A DNA stretch of 64,000 nt from Escherichia coli (GCF_001677475.2 NZ_CP015229.1); one strand, 5' to 3'; shown: positions 24,480 through 35,911, numbered from the stretch's first letter. A program made the numbers and translations. Notes: generated from the sequence alone by a model not told the origin.

Positions 24480-25801
24480 TGCTTTCTCGCAGCTGCCATC
24501 AACGCTTCGATTTCTTCCGGCTTTTTCACCACGCTGGCGGTGAGGTTTTCGTTGCCGGTTTCGGTAATCACAATGTCGTCTTCAATACGAATGCCGATAC
24601 CGCGATATTGTTCTGGCACATCCGCATCCGGCGCGATATACAGACCAGGCTCTACGGTCAGTACCATCCCCGGTTCCAGAATGCGCGAGCGATCCTGACC
24701 ATAAACGCCAACGTCATGGACATCCAGTCCTAACCAGTGGCTAAGGCCATGCATAAAGAAAGGACGATGGGCGTTCTGAGCGATCAGTTCATCAACATCA
24801 CCTTTCAGAATGCCGAGTTTTACCAGGCCGCTAACCATGATACGCACCACTTCACCGGTGACTTCCTGAATGGAAGTTCCCGGACGATACAGGCGCAGGC
24901 TGGTTTCAAGAGACTCCAGCACAATGTCGTAGATTTCACGCTGGGCCTGAGTGAATTTGCCGTTGACCGGGAAGGTGCGGGTAATATCGCCAGCGTAACC
25001 TTTGTATTCGCAACCCGCATCAATCAACACCAGGTCACCGTCACGCAGTTCACACTCGTTTTCGGTGTAATGCAGAATGCAGCCGTTTTCACCGCTGCCG
25101 ACGATGGTGTTGTAGGACGGATAACGCGCACCGTGGCGGTTAAATTCGTGGTGAATTTCGCCTTCCAGATGGTACTCGAACATTCCCGGACGGCATTTTT
25201 CCATCGCCCGGGTATGCGCCAGGGCGGTGATTTCTCCCGCGCGGCGAAGTACGGCAATCTCTTCCGGCGATTTGAACAGGCGCATTTCATGGACCATGGG
25301 ACGCCAGTCGATCATCGTTGCCGGTGCGGTGAGATTTTGCCGCGAACCTTTACGCAGTTTTTCCAGCGCGCTGTTCACGATTTCATCAGCATATGCATAT
25401 TCGCCCTGGGCGTGGTAAACCACATCCAGACCATTAAGTAGTTGATAAAGTTGCTGATTAATTTCGCTGAATGCCAGTGCGCGGTCAACGCCCAGTTTCT
25501 CTGGCGCGGCATCCTGACCTAAACGACGGCCAAACCAGATCTCCGCCGTCAGGTCGCGAACGCGGTTAAACAGAACGCTGTGATTATGAGTGTCATCGCT
25601 TTTAATCAGCACCAGCACCGCTTCCGGTTCGTTAAAGCCGGTGAAGTACCAGAAGTCACTGTTCTGACGATAGGGGTATTCGCTGTCGGCGCTACGTGTT
25701 ACTTCTGGTGCAGCAAAAATCAGCGCGGCGCTGCCGGGTTGCATTTGCTCCACCAGGGCCTGACGGCGACGCTGAAACTCTTGCCGGGATATCTCACTCA
25801 T
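24476..25801 (-). CDS. pepP: Xaa-Pro aminopeptidase (aminopeptidase P II), 441 aa
   Basis: ORF 24476..26014; start at MSEISRQEF (ATG 25801..25799) gives the K-12 length; M24 metallopeptidase motifs. Confidence 0.9.
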   Translation of the reverse strand: MSEISRQEFQRRRQALVEQMQPGSAALIFAAPEVTRSADSEYPYRQNSDFWYFTGFNEPEAVLVLIKSDDTHNHSVLFNRVRDLTAEIWFGRRLGQDAAPEKLGVDRALAFSEINQQLYQLLNGLDVVYHAQGEYAYADEIVNSALEKLRKGSRQNLTAPATMIDWRPMVHEMRLFKSPEEIAVLRRAGEITALAHTRAMEKCRPGMFEYHLEGEIHHEFNRHGARYPSYNTIVGSGENGCILHYTENECELRDGDLVLIDAGCEYKGYAGDITRTFPVNGKFTQAQREIYDIVLESLETSLRLYRPGTSIQEVTGEVVRIMVSGLVKLGILKGDVDELIAQNAHRPFFMHGLSHWLGLDVHDVGVYGQDRSRILEPGMVLTVEPGLYIAPDADVPEQYRGIGIRIEDDIVITETGNENLTASVVKKPEEIEALMAAARKQ

Positions 25802-25826
25802 AACACTCTCCTTACGTTTTTTGTTT

Positions 25827-26405
25827 TTAGTGTAGAGTCGGTTTTTGTACTTCTGGCGCGGTCGGTTGCGGATGAGTAAAGGTGTCGTGGCATAACAGCG
25901 CGGCAACACGAACGTATTCGATGATCTCTTCAAGCGACATTTCAAGCTCTTCCTGATCTTCGTCTTCGTCGTAGCCCAGCTGCGCGATGTTACGCAGATC
26001 GTCGATAGCTTCACCGGTTTCTCCGGTCACTTTGTCCAGCTTCGGTTGCGTAACGCCAAGACCAAGCAGGAAGTGATTGACCCAACCTGCCAGCGCATCA
26101 GCCCGATCGAAAACGCTGACATCATCGCCATCAGGCAGATAAAGCTGAAAAAGGAAGCCGTCATCCTGCAGGGCATCGCTGGTGGCAGAGTGCATTTTGC
26201 GCAGTGCCTGTGCCAGCTCATGACCGAAAGCCATGCCTTCGTTCGTCAGGTCGTGAAGTAGCGGCAGCCATGAGCTGTCATCGTTACCGCCACATATCAT
26301 CCCGCTGATTAAACCATGCATCTCAGCAGGGGTCAGACCCGTCCCTTGTTGGTTCAGATACTGGTTCATTTCGTTGTAACCAGGCATTTCGTTCTGTATA
26401 GACAT
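25827..26405 (-). CDS. ygfB: UPF0149 family protein YgfB, 192 aa
   Basis: ORF 25827..26411; start at MSIQNEM chosen for the K-12 length. Confidence 0.8.
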
Positions 26406-26506
26406 AAGCATTCGTCGTCAAAGGGAGGAATATTCATGATATGCTACCACTTTGGGCCCTGGTGGACCAGAAAAGGGCTTGTCTCTTCTCATCAGGGTAG
26501 CTATAG

Positions 26507-26902
<396 letters not shown>

Positions 26903-26943
26903 CACTTTTCGGTTTACTGTGGTAGAGTAACCGTGAAGACAAA

Positions 26944-27127
26944 ATTTCTCTGAGATGTTCGCAAGCGGGCCAGTCCCCTGAGCCGATATTTCATACCACA
27001 AGAATGTGGCGCTCCGCGGTTGGTGAGCATGCTCGGTCCGTCCGAGAAGCCTTAAAACTGCGACGACACATTCACCTTGAACCAAGGGTTCAAGGGTTAC
27101 AGCCTGCGGCGGCATCTCGGAGATTCC
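26944..27127 (+). ncRNA. ssrS: 6S RNA
   Basis: Matches the E. coli 6S RNA as I remember it from ATTTCTCTGAGATGTTCGCAAGCGGGCCAGTCCCC to GGCATCTCGGAGATTCC; ends approximate to a few nt. Confidence 0.9.
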
Positions 27128-27201
27128 CTTCTTATCTGGCACCAGCCATGACGCAACTACCAGAACTCCCACTGACATTATCCCGACAAGAAATCCGCAA
27201 A

Positions 27202-27750
27202 ATGATTCGGCAACGTCGTCGTGCGTTAACGCCGGAACAACAGCAGGAAATGGGTCAACAAGCCGCTACCCGGATGATGACGTATCCCCCGGTGGTGATG
27301 GCACATACGGTCGCTGTATTCCTCTCTTTTGATGGCGAACTCGACACCCAGCCACTCATAGAACAACTCTGGCGCGCCGGTAAGCGCGTATATCTTCCAG
27401 TTTTGCATCCCTTTAGTGCCGGTAATTTGCTGTTCCTGAATTACCATCCGCAAAGCGAACTGGTGATGAACAGGTTGAAGATCCATGAGCCAAAACTGGA
27501 TGTGCGTGACGTGCTACCCCTTTCCCGATTAGACGTGTTGATCACACCGCTGGTCGCCTTTGATGAGTACGGTCAGCGCCTGGGAATGGGCGGTGGTTTT
27601 TATGATCGGACCTTACAAAACTGGCAGCGCTATCAAATGCAACCGGTGGGTTATGCGCATGATTGTCAGTTGGTGGAAAAACTCCCCGTTGAAGAGTGGG
27701 ATATCCCACTTCCTGCGGTGGTTACACCGTCGAAAGTCTGGGAGTGGTAA
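27202..27750 (+). CDS. fau: 5-formyltetrahydrofolate cyclo-ligase, 182 aa
   Basis: 3' part of ORF 27004..27750; start at MIRQRRRALT (ATG 27202) lies outside the 6S RNA and gives the K-12 length. Confidence 0.85.
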   Translation: MIRQRRRALTPEQQQEMGQQAATRMMTYPPVVMAHTVAVFLSFDGELDTQPLIEQLWRAGKRVYLPVLHPFSAGNLLFLNYHPQSELVMNRLKIHEPKLDVRDVLPLSRLDVLITPLVAFDEYGQRLGMGGGFYDRTLQNWQRYQMQPVGYAHDCQLVEKLPVEEWDIPLPAVVTPSKVWEW

Positions 27751-27810
27751 GGGCGACACACCTGCATCGCCCTGATTGACATCGTTGATTCTTTAACCTA
27801 ATTTAGTGAG

Positions 27811-27951
27811 TAAGGGTAAGGGAGGATTGCTCCTCCCCTGAGACTGACTGTTAATAAGCTGGGAAACTTATGAGTAACAGTACAATCAGTATGATGACAA
27901 GTCGCATCATAACCCTTCTCCTTTAAGCCCTCGCTTCGGTGAGGGCTTTTC
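27811..27951 (+). ncRNA. sibC: Sib-family antitoxin sRNA (SibC), antisense to ibsC
   Basis: Promoter TTGACA (27776-27781), 17-nt spacer, TAATTT (27799-27804); terminator hairpin AGCCCTCGCTTCGGTGAGGGCT plus T-run at 27926-27951; ends approximate. Confidence 0.65.
27851..27910 (-). CDS. ibsC: type I toxin peptide IbsC, 19 aa (MMRLVIILIVLLLISFPAY as translated here)
   Basis: Minus-strand ATG 27910..27908 to TAA 27853..27851; short hydrophobic peptide fully inside the antisense sRNA. Confidence 0.7.
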   Translation of the reverse strand: MMRLVIILIVLLLISFPAY

Positions 27952-28085
27952 CGTTACAGCCCCATGCTGCCCTGCCATCGTAAATCCCCATTAAATAAAC
28001 ACAACGCATTGATCTGACTTTGATTTATTTTCTGGAGCAGACTCGCAAAGTAGAATGCGCAACGCGGCAACGGTGTGGAGAAGGG

Positions 28086-28117
28086 ATAAAAAAACGGGCA
28101 AGTCAGTGACCTGCCCG
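28086..28117 (-). terminator. serA intrinsic terminator
   Basis: Stem CGGGCA/TGCCCG followed on the minus strand by a T-run (plus-strand ATAAAAAAA at 28086-28094). Confidence 0.65.
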
Positions 28118-28138
28118 TTGATTGTCAGAGAAGGGGAA

Positions 28139-29371
28139 TTAGTACAGCAGACGGGCGCGAATGGTACCCGGAATAGCTTTCATTGCCTGCAGCGCTTTTT
28201 CGGCAACGTCTTCGTCGGCTTCAATATCAATAACTACATAACCCATCTGGGCGGAAGTTTGCAGATATTGCGCGGCGATGTTGACCCCCTGCTCGGCAAA
28301 AATTTTGTTGAGCGCAGTTAGCACGCCCGGACGGTTTTCGTGGATGTGCATCAGACGACGCCCACCGTGCAGTGGCAGCGAGACTTCCGGGAAGTTCACC
28401 GCAGAGAGCGTTGAGCCATTGTCAGAGTACTTGATCAATTTACCCGCAACTTCCAGGCCGATATTCTCCTGCGCTTCCTGAGTCGAACCGCCAATGTGTG
28501 GCGTCAGAAGAACGTTGTCGAATTCACACAGCGGAGAGGTAAATGGATCGCTATTGGTCGCCGGTTCCGTCGGGAATACGTCGATTGCCGCCCCCGCCAG
28601 ATGTTTGCTCGCCAGCGCGTCACACAGCGCTGGAATATCCACCACAGTACCGCGCGAGGCATTAATTAGCAGCGAGCCGGGCTTCATTAGTGAAATTTCT
28701 TTCGCGCCCATCATATTTTTGGTGGACGGATTCTCTGGTACATGCAGACTCACCACATCGCTCATATTCAGCAGGTCAGAAAGATGCTGTATCTGAGTGG
28801 CGTTGCCTAGCGGCAGTTTGTTTTCAATATCATAAAAGTAAACATACATTCCCAGCGATTCAGCCAGAATGCCCAATTGCGTACCAATATGACCGTAGCC
28901 GATGATACCCAGCTTTTTGCCGCGCGCTTCAAAAGAACCCGCCGCCAGTTTGTTCCACACGCCACGGTGCGCTTTAGCATTGGCTTCCGGCACGCCGCGC
29001 AATAGCAGCAGCAGTTCGCCAATCACCAGCTCCGCAACAGAGCGAGTATTTGAGAACGGTGCGTTAAATACCGGGATACCGCGTTTTGCCGCCGCATCCA
29101 GATCAACCTGGTTTGTTCCGATACAGAAACAGCCAATAGCGACCAGTTTTTCTGCGGCGTTGATCACGTCTTCAGTCAGATGGGTACGGGATCGCAGGCC
29201 GATGAAGTGGGCATCGCGGATGGATTCTTTTAATTGTTCATCATCCAGCGCGCCTTTGTGAAATTCGATGTTGGTGTAACCAGCTGCACGAAGGCTTTCC
29301 AGCGCCTTTTGGTGCACGCCTTCTACCAGCAGAAACTTAATCTTGTCTTTCTCCAGCGATACCTTTGCCAT
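28139..29371 (-). CDS. serA: D-3-phosphoglycerate dehydrogenase, 410 aa
   Basis: ORF 28139..29371; 2-hydroxyacid dehydrogenase motifs and C-terminal ACT domain region. Confidence 0.95.
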   Translation of the reverse strand: MAKVSLEKDKIKFLLVEGVHQKALESLRAAGYTNIEFHKGALDDEQLKESIRDAHFIGLRSRTHLTEDVINAAEKLVAIGCFCIGTNQVDLDAAAKRGIPVFNAPFSNTRSVAELVIGELLLLLRGVPEANAKAHRGVWNKLAAGSFEARGKKLGIIGYGHIGTQLGILAESLGMYVYFYDIENKLPLGNATQIQHLSDLLNMSDVVSLHVPENPSTKNMMGAKEISLMKPGSLLINASRGTVVDIPALCDALASKHLAGAAIDVFPTEPATNSDPFTSPLCEFDNVLLTPHIGGSTQEAQENIGLEVAGKLIKYSDNGSTLSAVNFPEVSLPLHGGRRLMHIHENRPGVLTALNKIFAEQGVNIAAQYLQTSAQMGYVVIDIEADEDVAEKALQAMKAIPGTIRARLLY

Positions 29372-29626
29372 TTACCCAATCCTGTCTTTTGAAATGTTGT
29401 GTGCGGATTTGCGTCCGCCTTTCAACATATCAAAAAATAATATTGCGGCAATATGAACGTTTGCGTCGCGATGTTGAGGAAATATCACGCAAAGGTAATT
29501 ATTGGATGAATATGCTGGTTTAGAGGATTTATTTAGAGCAATCGACAATAGCCAGGTAAAAACGTGACACATGTCACCAAATTTAATGAAGAGAATTTTT
29601 TTAACGGGGGAGGTTCCCCCGTCAGA

Positions 29627-30286
29627 TCATTTCACAATGGTTTTGACACCGTCAGGTGTGCCAATCAGCGCAACGTCCGCGCCACGGTTAGCAAACAAGC
29701 CAACAGTCACCACGCCAGGAATCGCATTTATGGCGTTTTCCATCGCTATCGGGTCAAGGATTTCCATGCCGTGGACGTCGAGGATCACGTTGCCGTTATC
29801 GGTCACCACGCCCTGACGGTATTCCGGACGACCGCCCAGTTTCACCAGCTGGCGCGCCACTGCACTACGTGCCATCGGGATAACTTCTACTGGCAGCGGG
29901 AATTTGCCCAGAATATCAACCTGCTTGGAGGCGTCGGCAATACAGATAAATTTTTCCGCAACCGAAGCAATGATTTTTTCACGGGTCAGCGCCGCGCCGC
30001 CGCCTTTGATCATTTGCATGTGGCCGTTGATTTCATCTGCGCCATCAACGTAGATGCCAAGGCTGTCGACTTCGTTGAGATCAAAAACGTGAATGCCGAG
30101 GCTTTTCAGTTTTTCAGTGGAAGCATCTGAACTGGAAACGGCCCCTTCAATCTGGCCTTTCATTGTACCGAGCGCGTCAATAAAGTGTGCGGCGGTGGAA
30201 CCTGTACCTACACCAACAATGGTGCCGGGCTGAACATACTGAAGTGCCGCCCATCCTACTGCTTTTTTCAATTCATCCTGCGTCAT
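29627..30286 (-). CDS. rpiA: ribose-5-phosphate isomerase A, 219 aa
   Basis: ORF 29627..30322; start at [10 protein letters not shown] (ATG 30286..30284) gives the K-12 length. Confidence 0.9.
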
Positions 30287-30322
30287 GATCGTTTCGCCTG
30301 TGGTATGAAATTTCACACGCAT

Positions 30323-30520
30323 TATACTCTAAATAATTCGAGTTGCAGGAAGGCGACAAGAGAGTGACAAATTCGTCAGGAACGAATTTGCCCAGCCGCA
30401 GGCTGGCCTTCGGTGAGAGACATGGATGTCTCTCATTAATCCCCAGGAGCTTACAGAAGTAAGTGACTGGGGTGAGCGAACGCAGACGCAGCACATGCAA
30501 CTTGAAGTATGACGAGTATA
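30323..30520. repeat. ERIC/IRU element, long form with a ~70-bp internal insertion
   Basis: Contains the ERIC core AAGTAAGTGACTGGGGTGAGCG; collinear with the inverted copy at 42381..42507 except for extra DNA at about 30368-30437. Confidence 0.8.
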
Positions 30521-30566
30521 TACAAAAAAAGCGATTCAGACCCCGTTGGCAAGCCGCGTGGTTAAC

Positions 30567-30770
30567 TCATCCATAAAATATCGCGCAATGGCGGGCATCC
30601 CCTTTCGCCCGGCAAATAAAGCATACAACGGTCTGGGTATGCCGCTCCACGGTGCGAACAGAGGCAATAACGCCACGCCATTCAACATAACCAGGGCGCG
30701 AAGTCGCTAAGCGAAATGCAATAGCGCAAATCCCTGATCTTTTAAGCTGCGCGTTTAACCATTGATACAA
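30567..30770 (-). pseudogene. yqfE: short ORF in the rpiA-argP spacer, possibly the yqfE remnant
   Basis: Only the ORF track (67 aa) and its position; no recognisable domain. Confidence 0.2.
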
Positions 30771-30862
30771 ATGTTACCCACCGACGGCTTCGGTATATGC
30801 AACCTGACACAAAATTGTGTCATAGTGCAGGAAAAAGCATTTACCAGGAGCAGACAACAGCA

Positions 30863-31756
30863 ATGAAACGCCCGGACTACAGAACATTACAGGCACTGGA
30901 TGCGGTGATACGTGAACGAGGATTTGAGCGCGCGGCACAAAAGCTGTGCATTACACAATCAGCCGTCTCACAGCGCATTAAGCAACTGGAAAATATGTTC
31001 GGGCAGCCGCTGTTGGTGCGTACCGTACCGCCGCGCCCGACGGAACAAGGGCAAAAACTGCTGGCACTGCTGCGCCAGGTGGAGTTGCTGGAAGAAGAGT
31101 GGCTGGGCGATGAACAAACCGGTTCAACTCCGCTGCTGCTTTCACTGGCGGTCAACGCTGACAGTCTGGCGACGTGGTTGCTTCCGGCGCTGGCTCCTGT
31201 GTTAGCTGATTCGCCTATCCGCCTCAACTTGCAGGTAGAAGATGAAACCCGCACTCAGGAACGTCTGCGCCGTGGCGAAGTGGTCGGCGCGGTGAGTATT
31301 CAACATCAGGCGCTGCCGAGTTGTCTTGTCGATAAGCTCGGTGCGCTTGACTATCTGTTCGTCAGCTCAAAACCGTTTGCCGAAAAATATTTCCCTAACG
31401 GCGTAACGCGTTCGGCATTATTGAAAGCACCTGTGGTCGCCTTTGACCATCTTGACGATATGCACCAGGCCTTTTTGCAGCAAAACTTCGATCTGCCCCC
31501 AGGCAGCGTACCGTGCCATATCGTTAATTCTTCAGAAGCGTTCGTACAACTTGCTCGCCAGGGCACCACCTGCTGTATGATCCCGCACCTGCAAATCGAG
31601 AAAGAACTGGCCAGCGGTGAATTGATTGACTTAACGCCGGGGCTATTTCAACGCCGGATGCTCTACTGGCACCGCTTTGCTCCTGAAAGCCGCATGATGC
31701 GTAAAGTCACTGATGCGTTGCTCGATTATGGTCACAAAGTCCTTCGTCAGGATTAA
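30863..31756 (+). CDS. argP: LysR-type transcriptional regulator ArgP (IciA), 297 aa
   Basis: ORF 30797..31756; start at [10 protein letters not shown] (ATG 30863); N-terminal LysR HTH. Confidence 0.9.
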
Positions 31757-31959
31757 TCCATCAAATAATGCCTGATAGCACATATCAGGCGTTATCCTCA
31801 CTTCTTTTTGTATTCCTTGAAACACATCACAAAATAGACAAATCTCAGGCGGCAAAAAACGACGTCTGAATGCATTTTTTTTGCTGGAGACAAACCCACG
31901 TAAAAAGCTCACCGTAAGCGCAAATACCCTCATTTTGATTGCGTTTTACGGAGCAAATA

Positions 31960-34104
31960 ATGTCTAAGGTGCAGGAGTGGCAACAGCTTGCCAACAAGGA
32001 ATTGAGCCGTCGGGAGAAAACTGTCGACTCGCTGGTTCAGCAAACCGCGGAAGGGATCGCCATCAAGCCGCTGTATACCGAAGCCGATCTCGATAATCTG
32101 GAGGTGACAGGTACCCTTCCTGGTTTGCCCCCCTACGTTCGTGGCCCGCGTGCCACTATGTATACCGCCCAACCGTGGACCATCCGTCAGTATGCTGGTT
32201 TTTCAACAGCAAAAGAGTCCAACGCTTTTTATCGCCGTAACCTGGCCGCCGGGCAAAAAGGTCTTTCCGTTGCGTTTGACCTTGCCACCCACCGAGGCTA
32301 CGACTCCGATAACCCGCGCGTGGCGGGCGACGTCGGCAAAGCGGGCGTTGCTATCGACACCGTGGAAGATATGAAAGTCCTGTTCGACCAGATCCCGCTG
32401 GATAAAATGTCGGTTTCGATGACCATGAATGGCGCAGTACTACCAGTACTGGCGTTTTATATTGTCGCCGCAGAAGAGCAAGGTGTTACACCCGATAAAC
32501 TGACCGGCACCATTCAAAACGATATCCTCAAAGAGTATCTTTGCCGCAACACCTATATTTACCCGCCAAAACCGTCAATGCGTATTATCGCAGACATCAT
32601 CGCCTGGTGTTCCGGCAACATGCCGCGATTTAATACCATCAGTATCAGCGGTTACCATATGGGTGAAGCGGGTGCCAACTGCGTGCAGCAGGTAGCATTT
32701 ACGCTCGCTGATGGGATTGAGTACATCAAAGCAGCAATCTCCGCCGGGCTGAAAATTGATGACTTCGCTCCTCGCCTGTCGTTCTTCTTCGGCATTGGCA
32801 TGGATCTGTTTATGAACGTCGCCATGTTGCGTGCGGCACGTTATTTATGGAGCGAAGCGGTCAGTGGATTTGGCGCACAGGATCCGAAATCACTGGCGCT
32901 GCGTACCCACTGCCAGACCTCAGGCTGGAGCCTGACTGAACAGGATCCGTATAACAACGTTATCCGCACCACCATTGAAGCACTGGCTGCAACGCTGGGC
33001 GGTACTCAGTCACTGCATACCAACGCCTTTGATGAAGCGCTTGGTTTGCCTACCGATTTCTCAGCACGCATTGCCCGCAATACCCAGATCATCATTCAGG
33101 AAGAATCAGAACTCTGCCGCACCGTCGATCCACTGGCCGGATCCTATTACGTTGAGTCGCTGACCGATCAAATCGTCAAACAAGCCAGAGCTATTATCCA
33201 ACAGATCGACGAAGCCGGTGGCATGGCGAAAGCGATCGAAGCAGGTCTGCCAAAACGAATGATCGAAGAGGCCTCAGCGCGCGAACAGTCGCTGATCGAC
33301 CAGGGCAAGCGTGTCATCGTTGGTGTCAACAAGTACAAACTGGATCACGAAGACGAAACCGATGTACTTGAGATCGACAACGTGATGGTGCGTAACGAGC
33401 AAATTGCTTCGCTGGAACGCATTCGCGCCACCCGTGATGATGCCGCCGTAACCGCCGCGTTGAACGCCCTGACTCACGCCGCACAGCATAACGAAAACCT
33501 GCTGGCTGCCGCTGTTAATGCCGCTCGCGTTCGCGCCACCCTGGGTGAAATTTCCGATGCGCTGGAAGCCGCTTTCGACCGTTATCTGGTGCCAAGCCAG
33601 TGTGTTACCGGCGTGATTGCGCAAAGCTATCATCAGTCTGAGAAATCGGCCTCCGAGTTCGATGCCATTGTTGCGCAAACGGAGCTGTTCCTTGCCGACA
33701 ATGGTCGTCGCCCGCGCATTCTGATCGCTAAAATGGGCCAGGATGGGCACGATCGCGGCGCAAAAGTGATCGCCAGCGCCTATTCCGATCTCGGTTTCGA
33801 CGTAGATTTAAGCCCGATGTTCTCTACACCTGAAGAGATCGCCCGCCTGGCAGTAGAAAACGACGTTCACGTAGTGGGCGCATCCTCACTGGCTGCCGGT
33901 CATAAAACGCTGATCCCGGAACTGGTCGAAGCGCTGAAAAAATGGGGACGCGAAGATATCTGCGTAGTCGCCGGTGGCGTCATTCCGCCGCAGGATTACG
34001 CCTTCCTGCAAGAGCGCGGCGTGGCGGCGATTTATGGTCCAGGTACACCTATGCTCGACAGCGTGCGCGACGTACTGAATCTGATAAGCCAGCATCATGA
34101 TTAA
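31960..34104 (+). CDS. scpA: methylmalonyl-CoA mutase (sleeping beauty mutase), 714 aa
   Basis: ORF 31939..34104; start at MSKVQEWQQ (ATG 31960); C-terminal B12-binding DxHxxG motif ([10 protein letters not shown]). Confidence 0.9.
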   Translation: MSKVQEWQQLANKELSRREKTVDSLVQQTAEGIAIKPLYTEADLDNLEVTGTLPGLPPYVRGPRATMYTAQPWTIRQYAGFSTAKESNAFYRRNLAAGQKGLSVAFDLATHRGYDSDNPRVAGDVGKAGVAIDTVEDMKVLFDQIPLDKMSVSMTMNGAVLPVLAFYIVAAEEQGVTPDKLTGTIQNDILKEYLCRNTYIYPPKPSMRIIADIIAWCSGNMPRFNTISISGYHMGEAGANCVQQVAFTLADGIEYIKAAISAGLKIDDFAPRLSFFFGIGMDLFMNVAMLRAARYLWSEAVSGFGAQDPKSLALRTHCQTSGWSLTEQDPYNNVIRTTIEALAATLGGTQSLHTNAFDEALGLPTDFSARIARNTQIIIQEESELCRTVDPLAGSYYVESLTDQIVKQARAIIQQIDEAGGMAKAIEAGLPKRMIEEASAREQSLIDQGKRVIVGVNKYKLDHEDETDVLEIDNVMVRNEQIASLERIRATRDDAAVTAALNALTHAAQHNENLLAAAVNAARVRATLGEISDALEAAFDRYLVPSQCVTGVIAQSYHQSEKSASEFDAIVAQTELFLADNGRRPRILIAKMGQDGHDRGAKVIASAYSDLGFDVDLSPMFSTPEEIARLAVENDVHVVGASSLAAGHKTLIPELVEALKKWGREDICVVAGGVIPPQDYAFLQERGVAAIYGPGTPMLDSVRDVLNLISQHHD

Positions 34105-35092
34105 TGAAGCCACGCTGGCAGAAAGTATTCGCCGCTTACGTCAGGGTGAGCGTGCCACGCTCGCCCAGGCCATGACGTTGGTGGAAAGCCGTCACCCGCG
34201 TCATCAGGCGCTAAGTACGCAGCTGCTTGATGCCATTATGCCGTTCTGTGGTAACGCCCTGCGACTGGGCGTTACCGGCACACCCGGCGCGGGGAAAAGT
34301 ACCTTTCTTGAAGCCTTTGGCATGTTGTTGATTCGTGATGGATTAAAGGTTGCGGTTATTGCGGTCGATCCCAGCAGCCCGGTCACTGGCGGTAGCATCC
34401 TCGGGGATAAAACCCGCATGAATGACCTTGCGCGTGCCGAGGCGGCGTTTATTCGCCCGGTACCCTCCTCCGGCCATCTGGGCGGTGCCAGTCAGCGAGC
34501 GCGGGAATTAATGCTGTTATGCGAAGCGGCGGGTTATGACGTAGTGATTGTCGAAACGGTTGGCGTCGGGCAGTCAGAAACGGAAGTCGCCCGCATGGTG
34601 GACTGTTTTATCTCGTTGCAAATTGCCGGTGGCGGCGATGATCTGCAGGGCATTAAAAAGGGGCTGATGGAAGTGGCAGATCTGATCGTTATCAACAAAG
34701 ACGATGGCGATAACCATACCAATGTCGCCATTGCCCGGCATATGTACGAGAGTGCCCTGCATATTCTGCGACGTAAATACGACGAATGGCAGCCACGGGT
34801 TCTGACTTGTAGCGCACTGGAAAAACGTGGAATCGATGAGATCTGGCACGCCATCATCGACTTCAAAACCGCGCTAACTGCCAGTGGTCGATTACAACAA
34901 GTGCGGCAACAACAATCGGTGGAATGGCTGCGTAAGCAGACCGAAGAAGAAGTACTGAATCGCCTGTTCGCGAATGAAGATTTCGATCGCTATTACCGCC
35001 AGACGCTTTTAGCGGTCAAAAACAATACGCTCTCACCGCGCACCGGCCTGCGGCAGCTCAGTGAATTTATCCAGACGCAATATTTTGATTAA
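34097..35092 (+). CDS. argK: G3E-family GTPase ArgK/MeaB-like, 331 aa
   Basis: ORF 34097..35092; P-loop GTPGAGKST; 8-nt overlap with scpA. Confidence 0.9.
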   Translation: MINEATLAESIRRLRQGERATLAQAMTLVESRHPRHQALSTQLLDAIMPFCGNALRLGVTGTPGAGKSTFLEAFGMLLIRDGLKVAVIAVDPSSPVTGGSILGDKTRMNDLARAEAAFIRPVPSSGHLGGASQRARELMLLCEAAGYDVVIVETVGVGQSETEVARMVDCFISLQIAGGGDDLQGIKKGLMEVADLIVINKDDGDNHTNVAIARHMYESALHILRRKYDEWQPRVLTCSALEKRGIDEIWHAIIDFKTALTASGRLQQVRQQQSVEWLRKQTEEEVLNRLFANEDFDRYYRQTLLAVKNNTLSPRTGLRQLSEFIQTQYFD

Positions 35093-35102
35093 AGGAATTT
35101 TT

Positions 35103-35888
35103 ATGTCTTATCAGTATGTGAACGTTGCCACTATCAACAAAGTGGCGGTCATTGAGTTTAACTATGGCCGAAAACTTAATGCCTTAAGTAAAGTCTTTAT
35201 TGATGATCTTATGCAGGCATTAAGCGATCTCAACCGGCCGGAAATTCGCTGTATCATTTTGCGCGCGCCGAGTGGATCCAAAGTCTTCTCCGCAGGTCAC
35301 GATATTCACGAACTGCCGTCTGGCGGTCGCGATCCGCTCTCCTATGATGATCCGTTGCGTCAAATCACCCGCATGATCCAAAAATTCCAGAAACCGATCA
35401 TTTCGATGGTGGAAGGTAGTGTTTGGGGTGGCGCATTTGAAATGATCATGAGTTCCGATCTGATCATCGCCGCCAGTACCTCAACCTTCTCAATGACGCC
35501 TGTAAACCTCGGCGTCCCGTATAACCTGGTCGGCATTCACAACCTGACCCGCGACGCGGGCTTCCACATTGTCAAAGAGCTGATTTTTACCGCTTCGCCA
35601 ATCACCGCCCAGCGCGCGCTGGCTGTCGGCATCCTCAACCATGTTGTGGAAGTGGAAGAACTGGAAGATTTCACCTTACAAATGGCGCACCACATCTCTG
35701 AGAAAGCGCCGTTAGCCATTGCCGTTATCAAAGAAGAGCTGCGTGTACTGGGCGAAGCGCACACCATGAACTCCGATGAATTTGAACGTATTCAGGGGAT
35801 GCGCCGCGCGGTTTATGACAGCGAAGACTACCAGGAAGGGATGAACGCTTTCCTCGAAAAACGTAAACCTAATTTCGTTGGTCATTAA
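35103..35888 (+). CDS. scpB: methylmalonyl-CoA decarboxylase (crotonase fold), 261 aa
   Basis: ORF 35061..35888; start at MSYQYVNVAT (ATG 35103). Confidence 0.85.
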   Translation: MSYQYVNVATINKVAVIEFNYGRKLNALSKVFIDDLMQALSDLNRPEIRCIILRAPSGSKVFSAGHDIHELPSGGRDPLSYDDPLRQITRMIQKFQKPIISMVEGSVWGGAFEMIMSSDLIIAASTSTFSMTPVNLGVPYNLVGIHNLTRDAGFHIVKELIFTASPITAQRALAVGILNHVVEVEELEDFTLQMAHHISEKAPLAIAVIKEELRVLGEAHTMNSDEFERIQGMRRAVYDSEDYQEGMNAFLEKRKPNFVGH

Positions 35889-35911
35889 TCCCTGCGAACG
35901 AAGGAGTTAAA

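Noticed and set aside
27004-27201. N-terminal extension of the fau ORF (248-aa version)
   Set aside because: Overlaps the 6S RNA gene; the downstream ATG at 27202 gives the known protein length.
27751-27772. Hairpin GGGCGA...TCGCCC after fau as a terminator
   Set aside because: Short stem without a following U-run; it overlaps the sibC promoter region, so it was not called.
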